Assembly: GCA_965248535.1 (NCBI GenBank)
Contig: CBDFJR010000002.1
Location: 1,056,001-1,120,000 of the forward strand
Direction: 5' to 3'
From: Phormidesmis sp.
GTDB taxonomy: Bacteria; Cyanobacteriota; Cyanobacteriia; Leptolyngbyales; Leptolyngbyaceae
DNA: 64,000 nt
Shown here: positions 52,287 to 61,267 of the stretch, piece after piece
Numbering within the stretch: position 1 is the stretch's first letter
Layout: each line of letters begins with the position of its first letter
Made by a program: the position numbers and the translations under genes
The notes under the pieces: model-generated
What the model saw: the letters and a program-made list of their open reading frames with translations, nothing else
Database searches by the model: none
What the model was told of the DNA's origin: nothing

Positions 52287-55200
52287 TTAATCAACTTTTG
52301 CACGGAATCGGAAGAAGCCGTAAGAGGATGCCGGGACGCTATTCACCGACTGGACGGCTCCAACTTGCAGATGCACTGCACCACGACTGTTGTTAGTGCC
52401 AGTGCAACTGCTGGGAAACGTCGTTGGGAAAAAGCCGCTTCCTGCACCAGAACCTGGGCCATCAGTGATCGGAGTTGTTGTGCCATTAAAGTTAAGCTGA
52501 ATTGAGCCACTCACAAAGGTTTGCTTGTTAGGCACAAAGTCACAAAGGTCAACCCCGCCTGCCGTCATTGCACCATCTGACAGAAAGTAAATCGTGTATT
52601 CAACTTCATCACTAGGAGCAGGTGCACCGGGAGTCGGGGTGGGCACTTGAGCCGTATTGATTGCGCCTAAAAGATAGCTGCTGCTGCCACCAGGCCAATT
52701 TACCCCTGGGTTGTCGTTGTTGTCGGTGGCTAAATTGTTATACCCGGCGATCGCTGTGACTGTTCCGCTACCATTCTTTTTGATGCCAGTAATCCGTTTA
52801 ACTAACCGTAATCGTGGGCCGATGTTAGTCAGGGTGGGATCACCCACAGCAGGGGTGCCGGGATCGTTACTGAGCAGATTGGCGAAGCCTGCACTAGTAA
52901 TCATTGCTTGGTTGGAAAGCTGTGTCGTGCCGCTAGGAGTCACAGGATCTTTAATGGTAACCCGGAACTTAACCGTGGTCGTGTTGTTCGCGGCAGCAGT
53001 TCCTAGAGTCCCTCCGGCTGTGCCGTTGGCACCTGTTCCTAGCCGGAACACAACCTGCGAAGCGCTCGCCTCAGCCTGATCGTCTGCACTCGCATCTGTT
53101 TTGGTACCAGCATTGGCTCCGGCGGAGATCTGCAATGAGCCTGGAAGATAAATAGTGTTGGTAGGAATAGGATCGGTCAGTACCACGCTATTAACTGAAG
53201 TCGTAGTGCTCGTGTTTTTAACAACTAGGGTGTACTCTAGAATATCTCCAGGGGTTGCCACCTGACTAGCAAGCGGAGTGGCTCCACCCGATCCGTCACT
53301 ATCCACCGCGACCACTGCTGTTTTATCGACTTGCAGAGGGCTAGCGGGCGCGATCGTCACGTCTTCTGCCTTGTTAGCTGCCACGGTGCCATCGTAGCTG
53401 GAGGTCAATGCGGCAGCGTTCACATTGACCGTTGTCACATTTGCGCTAGCATTGGTATATTTGGCATCGGCTGTCGCACTGTTGTTATAGGTTGCAGAAG
53501 CGGTGCCGCTCGCGATTGTGACCGTAAAGGTAACAGAAACACTTCCGCCAGGTGGAATCGTAAACCCTGACCAAGAGGGCTTAGAAGTAGTTCCTGCGGT
53601 TGTCACAGAAGCGGGCCCTGTGGCCCCCCCTGAATAGACTGGGGTGACTGTACCTGAACTATTGGTGAACCCAGTGGGCAATCCTGCGTCAGCAATGACG
53701 ACATTCTGAGCGGTGGGCCGTTTTGCCCCGATCGGGTTACTAGCGGTAATCGTGTAAGTCGCTGTCCCTGGGGCAGCCATTGGGCCGGGAGTTGACGTTG
53801 ATTTAGTTGCAGCGATCGTGCATCCTGCTCCTGAAATGCTAGTCACTGCGTCTGTAGCTGTCGAGTTAACCGGGCCCGCTACTCCATTGCCTGCGGTCGC
53901 ACCACCAAAATTCGTCGAGTCATTCAGCGTCGTCCCTGATTGCCCCCCATTCAGAACAGTTGTTGCACCGGGACTGTAGTAAACTACCCCCCCAGCACCG
54001 CCGCCGCCGGGACCGTGGGGAGCGCCACCGCCAGTGTTCGTCCCCCCCTTGCCGCCATTGGCACTAACGGTAAGTCCGGCAGTGCTACCCGTTTGTGAAA
54101 TAACCAGAACACTTCCGCCCGCGCCGCCGCCGCCACTGCCATCGTTATCAGGAATCAACGCTGGGGTGGCACCATTGGCACTAATAGTCCCTGCGGTCGC
54201 GATCGTGCCTGTCCGCAGCAAGACGATACCACCCCCAGGCGCACCGCTACTGGCTAACCCGTTACCTGGGGTGCCAGTTCCGTTATTCGTATTACCTGCG
54301 CCTCCACCACCCCCCAGAACTAGGCGGCTAGCAGACGCTGGAAAAGGGGCACCACCATCGCCACCGAGTGGTAGCGCACTATTCCAGGTTCTACCACCTT
54401 TACCGCCCAGTCCTCCATTACCGCCGCCCGCGCCGCCCGCGTTTTCGTCGTTAGCAGAGGGATTTCCATCCACAGCCCCGCCCCCTGCGTTTCCAGGTGC
54501 GCCGCGGCCATAGCTGCCGTTTGGGTAACCTTCTGTTGCATTGGTGATTAATGTGTTTGCGGTAGGATCGAACAAATATTTGGGCGTACCTGCCGTTCCT
54601 TCACCCTTGGAACCGTTGTTGGCACGAGTAGAAACAGAAACGACATCTGCATTACTTCCAGCACCCCCTCCTAACTGAACACCACCACCGCCTCGAAAGC
54701 CTTGACCATTGACGTTGATTTGTCCCCCGCTGAAGGAGATCGCACCTGCAACGTCCATTGCGACTACCCCTCCCGTGGTTCCATCCCAGGGGATCGCTGA
54801 TATGGTGCCGCTAACCGTCAAATTGCCATACTGCGGCACCCGAATCACCTGAAACCGCCTTTGTCCTTGACTACTGCCCCCTGTATTGTTAGCAGTAACG
54901 TAGCTGTTAACCAGAGGTGAACTAATATTGATAGTACCACCACTGGCTGCAACAGCGTTAGTAGCCACCACATACTCAAAGTTCCCAGCAGTAAAATTAG
55001 AGGCGAGGTTGCCATTGACGGTGCCGTTAGCAGCGTAGGGAGCCGCAGTTGATCCATTGTTAGTAGAACTGCCATCCCCGTAGGCGGCAGTGTTCGTCGC
55101 GTCAATGTCTGCTCCCTGCATTTGGATAACTAGCAGCAAGTCGCCGGGTTTGATTGAGGTTGAAAATCCTTTTGCAGTGCCTACAGCAATGCTGGTCGTC

Positions 55201-55466
55201 CCGGCAGCAGCACTGGTTCCGGTTGCACTGGGAAAATAGGTATTGACCTGCCCTGTAGGTGCTGTATAGTTGCCGTCTTGACCTGGGACGGCACAAATTG
55301 CATTGCCACTGCCATCTACTTTATCGGCGCTAGCAGGCGAAGTAAAAAGCCAGAGATTTTGAGACGACAGTAACACAGTAGCAGCCAACAGTGGACTGAT
55401 TCTGCGAATTGACCGCGACCAGAATCGTGAATGTTTAAGGTGAAGAGCAGTTAAATTACGTTTCAT
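52287..55466 (-). CDS. large secreted Gly-rich adhesin-like protein with three DUF11-type domains (putative tip subunit)
   Basis: signal peptide ending SPASA; Gly-rich N-region; ATKS..IADAGLP..YNNSA, VDKT..LTDPIP..LSNQA, LVKR..LCDFVP..FRAKVD*. Confidence 0.85.
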   Translation of the reverse strand: MKRNLTALHLKHSRFWSRSIRRISPLLAATVLLSSQNLWLFTSPASADKVDGSGNAICAVPGQDGNYTAPTGQVNTYFPSATGTSAAAGTTSIAVGTAKGFSTSIKPGDLLLVIQMQGADIDATNTAAYGDGSSTNNGSTAAPYAANGTVNGNLASNFTAGNFEYVVATNAVAASGGTINISSPLVNSYVTANNTGGSSQGQRRFQVIRVPQYGNLTVSGTISAIPWDGTTGGVVAMDVAGAISFSGGQINVNGQGFRGGGGVQLGGGAGSNADVVSVSTRANNGSKGEGTAGTPKYLFDPTANTLITNATEGYPNGSYGRGAPGNAGGGAVDGNPSANDENAGGAGGGNGGLGGKGGRTWNSALPLGGDGGAPFPASASRLVLGGGGGAGNTNNGTGTPGNGLASSGAPGGGIVLLRTGTIATAGTISANGATPALIPDNDGSGGGGAGGSVLVISQTGSTAGLTVSANGGKGGTNTGGGAPHGPGGGGAGGVVYYSPGATTVLNGGQSGTTLNDSTNFGGATAGNGVAGPVNSTATDAVTSISGAGCTIAATKSTSTPGPMAAPGTATYTITASNPIGAKRPTAQNVVIADAGLPTGFTNSSGTVTPVYSGGATGPASVTTAGTTSKPSWSGFTIPPGGSVSVTFTVTIASGTASATYNNSATADAKYTNASANVTTVNVNAAALTSSYDGTVAANKAEDVTIAPASPLQVDKTAVVAVDSDGSGGATPLASQVATPGDILEYTLVVKNTSTTTSVNSVVLTDPIPTNTIYLPGSLQISAGANAGTKTDASADDQAEASASQVVFRLGTGANGTAGGTLGTAAANNTTTVKFRVTIKDPVTPSGTTQLSNQAMITSAGFANLLSNDPGTPAVGDPTLTNIGPRLRLVKRITGIKKNGSGTVTAIAGYNNLATDNNDNPGVNWPGGSSSYLLGAINTAQVPTPTPGAPAPSDEVEYTIYFLSDGAMTAGGVDLCDFVPNKQTFVSGSIQLNFNGTTTPITDGPGSGAGSGFFPTTFPSSCTGTNNSRGAVHLQVGAVQSVNSVPASSYGFFRFRAKVD

Positions 55467-58400
55467 GGAGTTACACCTTCAGCAACGGGGGAACTTGAGG
55501 GGGCGATCGTGACAGCAGCAGATTCTGGTTTAGATTTGCGATCGGAGGAGGTCGGTTTTTGTAGCCCAAACCCGCTGAATAGCTCATTGAGTTTGATGGT
55601 TAGACCTAAGTAAGGCCCGCCTGCCGATCGAGAGCCGTCGAAGTCACGATCGTTGGCTCGACCAAAGCTATAACCTGCTGCTAGTCGAAGATTGGGGGTG
55701 AGATAATAGCCCGCTTCGACCACAAATCCGGTTTCGCGATATCCAGCACTGGGTTGAGCAATCCACCGAGCTTCTCCGACAATATCCCAGCTATAGCCAA
55801 AGCGATAAGTGGCGCGGAGTTGGGCTAAAGACACCGTGCTGGTGCCGACTAAATCACTAGAGAGCGTCGTCGAGCTGTGGCGCAGCGCATATTTGCCGTA
55901 AAATTCCCAGCGCCAATTAGGAGCATAGATGCCTTCGATCGCTAGCGTGTGGTCTTCTGAACCTGTGCCACTGCCGAACAGAATCGTATCAGGAATCGTT
56001 GAGGGGTTCTTGCGATATTCATAGCGAAACAGGGCATTGAAGCGATCGTCGTTGGGATCTCGGTAGGCAAGTCCGACTTTGAGACTGGAGGTATCACCCA
56101 ACCCTGTCAGTGTTTGGTTAGCAGCGTTAGCCTGCTGATAGCGCACCAGCGCTGTGAGCGAGGGTGAAATTTTGCCCGTTGCGGCAGCCGAAATTACCGT
56201 GTTGCTGCCGCTTGATGAACTGCGGTGTTCATATCGGGCGCTTGCTTGGAAGTCTTTGCTTCCCGTATATTCCAGCCCAACACTGTAGCTATCGCCGCCC
56301 TGCAAACCGAGAGAAGAAGCACTCTGTCCGACTGCAAAGGGTTGAGCAAATTGAACCCCCGCCCCGGTGCGGCCAAAGAACCCGCCGAACAGATGTTCAT
56401 AAGCTAGATCCATTCTCAGTCCGGGGGAGATTGTCCAACCCTGGTTAACCCCAATCGCGCCTTGAGTTGTCCAGCTATCGGCTCCACCCACGATGCCATA
56501 ACGGGCGTGTAGAGTCGTGTCTGTCCCAAATTTGTATTCTCCGCGCAGATCTAAATTGGTAATAGACTGTCCAGCTAGCTGCCCACGCGTATAAAACTGT
56601 TGACTCAAACCGAGGTTGACTCCAGGCATAATTGCCCAATCTAGTCCTAGCCCGGTGCGATCGCTATAGACAGAATCAACACTTGAAGAAAGCGTCGTTT
56701 CATTCTGCGCTAGAAAGGTGAGGCTATTGCTCAGAGGCACCGTGAAGCGCGATCTCAATTGATTGGAGGAACCGCTTGAATCGGGTGATAGTCGATCTTG
56801 ACGATCGCGATGGAGTAAATCGACGTTCAGGTCAGCCTTTCCAATTCGCTGCTGCACCCCGACCGCGATCGTGGTCAGCGAGTTATCGACCCGACTACCC
56901 GGAATGGCTTCAGTCCGAGGAGCAAAGAGGTCTCGTAACGTGTCAATCTGTCGAGGTGCCGTGCCGACGTTCTTTTCGCGGTCATATTGCACTCTCAGTT
57001 TGGTGCTGTCGGAAAGGATGCCTACGACCTCTGCCCCATAGCGCGTTTGTCCAGGCACAAAACTAACGGTGGCATCATTAGCAAATCCTGTATCGGTCTT
57101 GCGATAATAGCCTCGTGCCAGAATACCTGTTGTGATCTCGGCGTTGGCTTCTAACCGATAGGCAGAGCCGCTTACCGAGCCGAGAATATCCGATCGATTG
57201 TTAGAACGAGCATATTCAGCAACAATGCTGCCTTTGCCAAACGAGTAGAGAGCATCCGCACCGTACAGTTCAAAGTTTCGCGTTCCCTGATTTTCTTTGA
57301 GATAGGTGGCACCAATCCAGCTTTCTGTGCCTGGGGTGTCAGACAGATGATAGAGCGCTCGACCTGCATAGATATTGCTCTTGCTTCCCTGCTGAGTCTC
57401 GTATTGATAGGTCGTAACAATTCGACGAACTAACACCTGCCCAGTGAAATCGACATCCGTTCGCAAAATCGGTTGCCGGAAAAGGATTGTGCCCCGATCG
57501 TAATCAATCTCATAATCAGTACCGCGATTTAACTGCTTGCGCTCCAAAACAGTTCCAGGGCGGTTTAATTCCTCAACTTCTAAGAAGACATTTTCACTGC
57601 CGCCAATCACTAACCGTCGCGAGAGGAAGTAATAGCCGCTCGTGCCATCTGGCGCTAGCGTATCGCGCTGAAACCCCTGCACATTGTTGCCATAAAAGCC
57701 ACTGAGTTGGAGATTACCAACATTGTAGTTAGCCTTGAACCCATGAAGTTGCCGAGTCGTTGCCGTAAACTGCTGAGATCGGGTGGCAAATTCTTTAGTG
57801 TCATAGTCACCCCACATGAAATAGTCGATGCCATTCGAGCTAGGCGATGTGCGCTCTAGTTTGAGGAAAACGCTATCCGTCGAGGGAGTCAGAACCTCTG
57901 TTTTAGAACTATCGCCATAGACTGGATAGTTTTGATCGCAGAATTGCTGTTCACGAAACAGTCGCGAGGTGCCATCACAGGTTTGATTGAGAGCATGATC
58001 ACTGTTGTAGGCACCTGTTACAAGCCAATCGCCCACTTTTCCCGTGGCAAACACTGCGCCGTGCGTCGCTAGCCCGTAATTATTTTTGCCATTAGGCGGC
58101 AAAAAGTCTCGAAAGCTGCGATAGAAGTCTGTGCCACCCTTACCCAGGCGAAAATCGATCGAACCTGTCACCAGCGAAGAACGCAAATCGGTTTCAAACT
58201 GGACTTGAGTAAACGCATCTAAATCCTCAGCCTTTGCCTGAATTCGCACTGTTTGAGCTTGGATGCCAGATCGTAGCGTTGCCTTAAATTCGCCCTGGCT
58301 AGCTTTGACTTGATAGCCTGGCTGATCAGGGTTGAAGTCCGGTTCGACAAATTCGCCCGCCGTGGGCTTGAGGGTCACGATCGTATCGCGATTTGAGCGG

Positions 58401-59017
58401 TTGCCGTTAGCATCCAACAACTCACCCAAAACCGTCACTGTCGATCGACCATCAGCCCGAACTCGCGTTTCAGCCGTGCGAAGGGTGATTTGCTTTGCCG
58501 TTCCGCGGACTTGTACCTGCACCGATGCCGTTTGGGTCACTTGACCGTTGACGACGATTTGAGCCACGATCGTGTTGTCGCCATCCTGAAGCGGAACACC
58601 ATACCAGGTCTGAGTCGTTTGCTTCTTAGTTTTATCTTTTTCAGTCCGTCCGACGAGAGAAACACTCACCGATTTACCGTTTACCTGTAGCTCCACCTGA
58701 CTATCTAGAGGAAACCGAAGCACCACCGTTGCCGCCGGGACATCAACCACCGCTTTAGGCGTGGGTGAGACGATCGTGATACCTGCCGATGGATTTGTTG
58801 GTAAAGGTGTTACTGCCGGTTGGGAGACAGGTTTTGATTCTGGTTTAACAGTCGGTTGCCTTGGTGAAACTGATTGCACGATCGGAGTTGTTTCCGTTTC
58901 TGTGATCGCTGCCATCACGCCTCTGATCGGCATCAGCAATGCAAAACTGATACTTTCAGCAATCAGTCCTAAACCCAGTAGACAAGCAGCTATGGAATTT
59001 CGAGATTTCATGTTCAT
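55463..59017 (-). CDS. large outer-membrane beta-barrel protein with N-terminal Ig-like domains (putative usher/anchor)
   Basis: signal peptide; Ig-like ADGRSTV region; YPVYGDSS, DYEIDYDRG; long run of amphipathic beta strands ending YLGLTIKL. Confidence 0.85.
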   Translation of the reverse strand: MNMKSRNSIAACLLGLGLIAESISFALLMPIRGVMAAITETETTPIVQSVSPRQPTVKPESKPVSQPAVTPLPTNPSAGITIVSPTPKAVVDVPAATVVLRFPLDSQVELQVNGKSVSVSLVGRTEKDKTKKQTTQTWYGVPLQDGDNTIVAQIVVNGQVTQTASVQVQVRGTAKQITLRTAETRVRADGRSTVTVLGELLDANGNRSNRDTIVTLKPTAGEFVEPDFNPDQPGYQVKASQGEFKATLRSGIQAQTVRIQAKAEDLDAFTQVQFETDLRSSLVTGSIDFRLGKGGTDFYRSFRDFLPPNGKNNYGLATHGAVFATGKVGDWLVTGAYNSDHALNQTCDGTSRLFREQQFCDQNYPVYGDSSKTEVLTPSTDSVFLKLERTSPSSNGIDYFMWGDYDTKEFATRSQQFTATTRQLHGFKANYNVGNLQLSGFYGNNVQGFQRDTLAPDGTSGYYFLSRRLVIGGSENVFLEVEELNRPGTVLERKQLNRGTDYEIDYDRGTILFRQPILRTDVDFTGQVLVRRIVTTYQYETQQGSKSNIYAGRALYHLSDTPGTESWIGATYLKENQGTRNFELYGADALYSFGKGSIVAEYARSNNRSDILGSVSGSAYRLEANAEITTGILARGYYRKTDTGFANDATVSFVPGQTRYGAEVVGILSDSTKLRVQYDREKNVGTAPRQIDTLRDLFAPRTEAIPGSRVDNSLTTIAVGVQQRIGKADLNVDLLHRDRQDRLSPDSSGSSNQLRSRFTVPLSNSLTFLAQNETTLSSSVDSVYSDRTGLGLDWAIMPGVNLGLSQQFYTRGQLAGQSITNLDLRGEYKFGTDTTLHARYGIVGGADSWTTQGAIGVNQGWTISPGLRMDLAYEHLFGGFFGRTGAGVQFAQPFAVGQSASSLGLQGGDSYSVGLEYTGSKDFQASARYEHRSSSSGSNTVISAAATGKISPSLTALVRYQQANAANQTLTGLGDTSSLKVGLAYRDPNDDRFNALFRYEYRKNPSTIPDTILFGSGTGSEDHTLAIEGIYAPNWRWEFYGKYALRHSSTTLSSDLVGTSTVSLAQLRATYRFGYSWDIVGEARWIAQPSAGYRETGFVVEAGYYLTPNLRLAAGYSFGRANDRDFDGSRSAGGPYLGLTIKLNELFSGFGLQKPTSSDRKSKPESAAVTIAPSSSPVAEGVTP

Positions 59018-60465
59018 GGTTTGCCTGCTTCTGAAACGGCGGGCGTGACAGCAAAATTCATTCGCACCAGTCCATTGGGTTCGAGGTGCACCAGTCGAGA
59101 TTGGCTATTGCGTTCTTTGAAATAGAGATTGGGGGCAAAGGTGTAGCCGGGAACACTGCTGAGATCGAGGACTCCAGTTCGACTGCCTGGCAGGACATTG
59201 GCGATCGAGAACAGCCCATTTGGATCGGTGGTGATGCGAGTGCCATCATCTAAAAGCACGACTGCATTTGGAATTCCAGGTTCTCCAGGCTGCTGTTCCC
59301 CATCGAAATTTTTGTCGTCAAATACGCGACCGATGATGGTTCCACAATCCGATACAATGCCGGGACGAATCCGTAGCCGATATTTAGACGGCCCATCTCG
59401 AAGAATGGCGTTAGTATCGATGCGATGAACGCTAACGCTAGCCAGATTTTCACCCGTGCCCCTCACCGAATCAGGACTGAGTTGTACAGCATAAGCAACG
59501 TTTAAGACTCCATCAGGAGGAATGCTGCCGTCAAACCTAAACGTGATGGCAGAACCACTATGAGTGGTTGCGATCGCGACCACATTTCCTCCTAACTCAC
59601 CACGCACGCTCTTAGGCAAAAAGCTGAACCCTAAAGGCATTACATCCGCAATCTCAATCTGATTAGCCGCAACCGAGTTGAGATTTCGCACTGAGAGCCG
59701 ATAAATCACTGTATCGCCAGGCTCGGCAGAAGCCCGATCGGCCGTTTTGGTAATTTGAACAGGTTGAGCCGGGCCTACACAAATCGGCTGATCGAGCAAA
59801 CTCAGTGCAGAGAGCACTAATCCACTTCCGGCAGCATCATTAATAGCAACCGTTGTTGTGAAGGAAGCTGGGTCGGCATCTAAACCGATTCCTCGCCCGT
59901 CTAACGCAGTTGCAGTGTAGGAAATTGTTTTAGCAACATCATCGCGTGCAGTAATGACAAGCCGAATTTGTCGTTGGCTATAGCGTCTGGCACTCGCGGG
60001 CGGGTTCACAATGAGAATGTATCGCCTGCCAACGTCAATCTGCCCTGCGCTACGGTTCAAGAAAAAGTTATAGCCACCCTTAGGTTCGTCATTTGCCAAA
60101 AAGAAGGGATTGCTGTTTTGCACATTGGGAGACACACCCGTAAAACTGGTGCCAGCCCCAGTTCTTGGCAGAGGAAGCAGAGCCAGTGGTGTATCATCTT
60201 GGCTAGCTTGATAGAGAGCGACGCTGAATCCTGCATAGTCAGGCAAGACTTCTCCACCGCAGCCACGAATGCGCCCAAACGGGTCAACGATCTCTTGCTT
60301 CAGTGCATTTGTAATGCTGTCAAACGTATTTTTCTCAGCATCTTCAAATGTGTAGGAAGCCGTGTTAAGAATCGCGCTTTTTGCTGTAGCGGCTGAAGGC
60401 TGAAATGAAATGCTGGCAAGAAGCAACGCCGCCAACAAGCGACATCGTTTGCGGTGAGAAATCAT
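59014..60465 (-). CDS. secreted DUF11 + SdrD-B-like protein (putative base adaptor)
   Basis: signal peptide, ILNTASYTF, VQITKTADR..PGDTVIY..IADVMPLG..ENLA, GRVFDDKNFDGEQQPGEPGIP. Confidence 0.88.
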   Translation of the reverse strand: MISHRKRCRLLAALLLASISFQPSAATAKSAILNTASYTFEDAEKNTFDSITNALKQEIVDPFGRIRGCGGEVLPDYAGFSVALYQASQDDTPLALLPLPRTGAGTSFTGVSPNVQNSNPFFLANDEPKGGYNFFLNRSAGQIDVGRRYILIVNPPASARRYSQRQIRLVITARDDVAKTISYTATALDGRGIGLDADPASFTTTVAINDAAGSGLVLSALSLLDQPICVGPAQPVQITKTADRASAEPGDTVIYRLSVRNLNSVAANQIEIADVMPLGFSFLPKSVRGELGGNVVAIATTHSGSAITFRFDGSIPPDGVLNVAYAVQLSPDSVRGTGENLASVSVHRIDTNAILRDGPSKYRLRIRPGIVSDCGTIIGRVFDDKNFDGEQQPGEPGIPNAVVLLDDGTRITTDPNGLFSIANVLPGSRTGVLDLSSVPGYTFAPNLYFKERNSQSRLVHLEPNGLVRMNFAVTPAVSEAGKP

Positions 60466-60564
60466 GGAAGCTAACTCAGGTAGAAAACTAGTGACAGGCT
60501 TAAAGTTGTGGGATTGTCAACTCCACCCAGGAGATTGAGAAGTCATCAGAAAGTTTGAAGGTTT

Positions 60565-60599
60565 GTCTGTAGGAACGGTCTATGACTGTCCCTACAGAC
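60565..60599. repeat. GTAG-type REP-like palindrome inside the operon
   Basis: GTCTGTAGGAACGGTC-TAT-GACTGTCCCTACAGAC. Confidence 0.75.
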
Positions 60600-60616
60600 T
60601 TGGCTGTTTTGAGACG

Positions 60617-61180
60617 TTAACGGATTTTGACTTGGTAAGCAGCACTCACACTTGCTTCAGGTTGCAGCGCTTGGCTGGTTTCCCACCGCACATGAGTGTA
60701 AGCCGCCGCCGGAGCGGGACGTTCTTCAACTTTGCCGTCTGGAAGCGTCACTTTCACGGTCGGGTGCGCCACAAACGTTTTGCCTTGGTCAAGACTGTAG
60801 GTGACAGTGATTCCCTGAGCGATCGTGGCAGAATCCAGTTGATAGCTCGTTCCTTGAGGAATGGGTTGAGTAATCGCAACGTTTTTCGCGTCACGACTGC
60901 CTTCGTTTTTACCCGTCACCGTGAACCGAATCACATCCCCTTGTTTTGCCTTGACTTTGCCGTCGATCGCTTGCCAGTTAGTTACCTCTTTACCCTGCTG
61001 GTTTTTTGTTACCACCTGCTGATCTGCCACCAGGTAGAGATTGACTTTGGGCTGACGCAGAACATTTTGAGCAATCGAAGACCCCGCGTTGAAAATCTGA
61101 GCGATCGCAGGTGAACCGTTGATCGGCAACGCTGAAACAACTAGTGCTGCGCTGACACTTAATAACCAATGTTTTTTCAT
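60617..61180 (-). CDS. small secreted single DUF11-like domain protein (putative chaperone/cap)
   Basis: MKKHWLL signal; QGDVIRFTV..KN.G..A.NVAITQPIPQGT.Y; YTHVRW; ends YQVKIR. Confidence 0.88.
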   Translation of the reverse strand: MKKHWLLSVSAALVVSALPINGSPAIAQIFNAGSSIAQNVLRQPKVNLYLVADQQVVTKNQQGKEVTNWQAIDGKVKAKQGDVIRFTVTGKNEGSRDAKNVAITQPIPQGTSYQLDSATIAQGITVTYSLDQGKTFVAHPTVKVTLPDGKVEERPAPAAAYTHVRWETSQALQPEASVSAAYQVKIR

Positions 61181-61267
61181 GATCGATGTTTGTTGTGAAT
61201 GCGGTGGAAACAAAATGTGTGGGGTGATTGCTGCTCCCAATGATTAGAAACAGCAATCGTTGAACCA

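Noticed and set aside
53900..54700. Gly-rich region as PE-PGRS or collagen repeat
   Set aside because: no PE domain and no strict Gly-X-Y periodicity
55463..59017. TonB-dependent receptor call
   Set aside because: no evident plug/TonB box or terminal Phe; context points to surface-structure export
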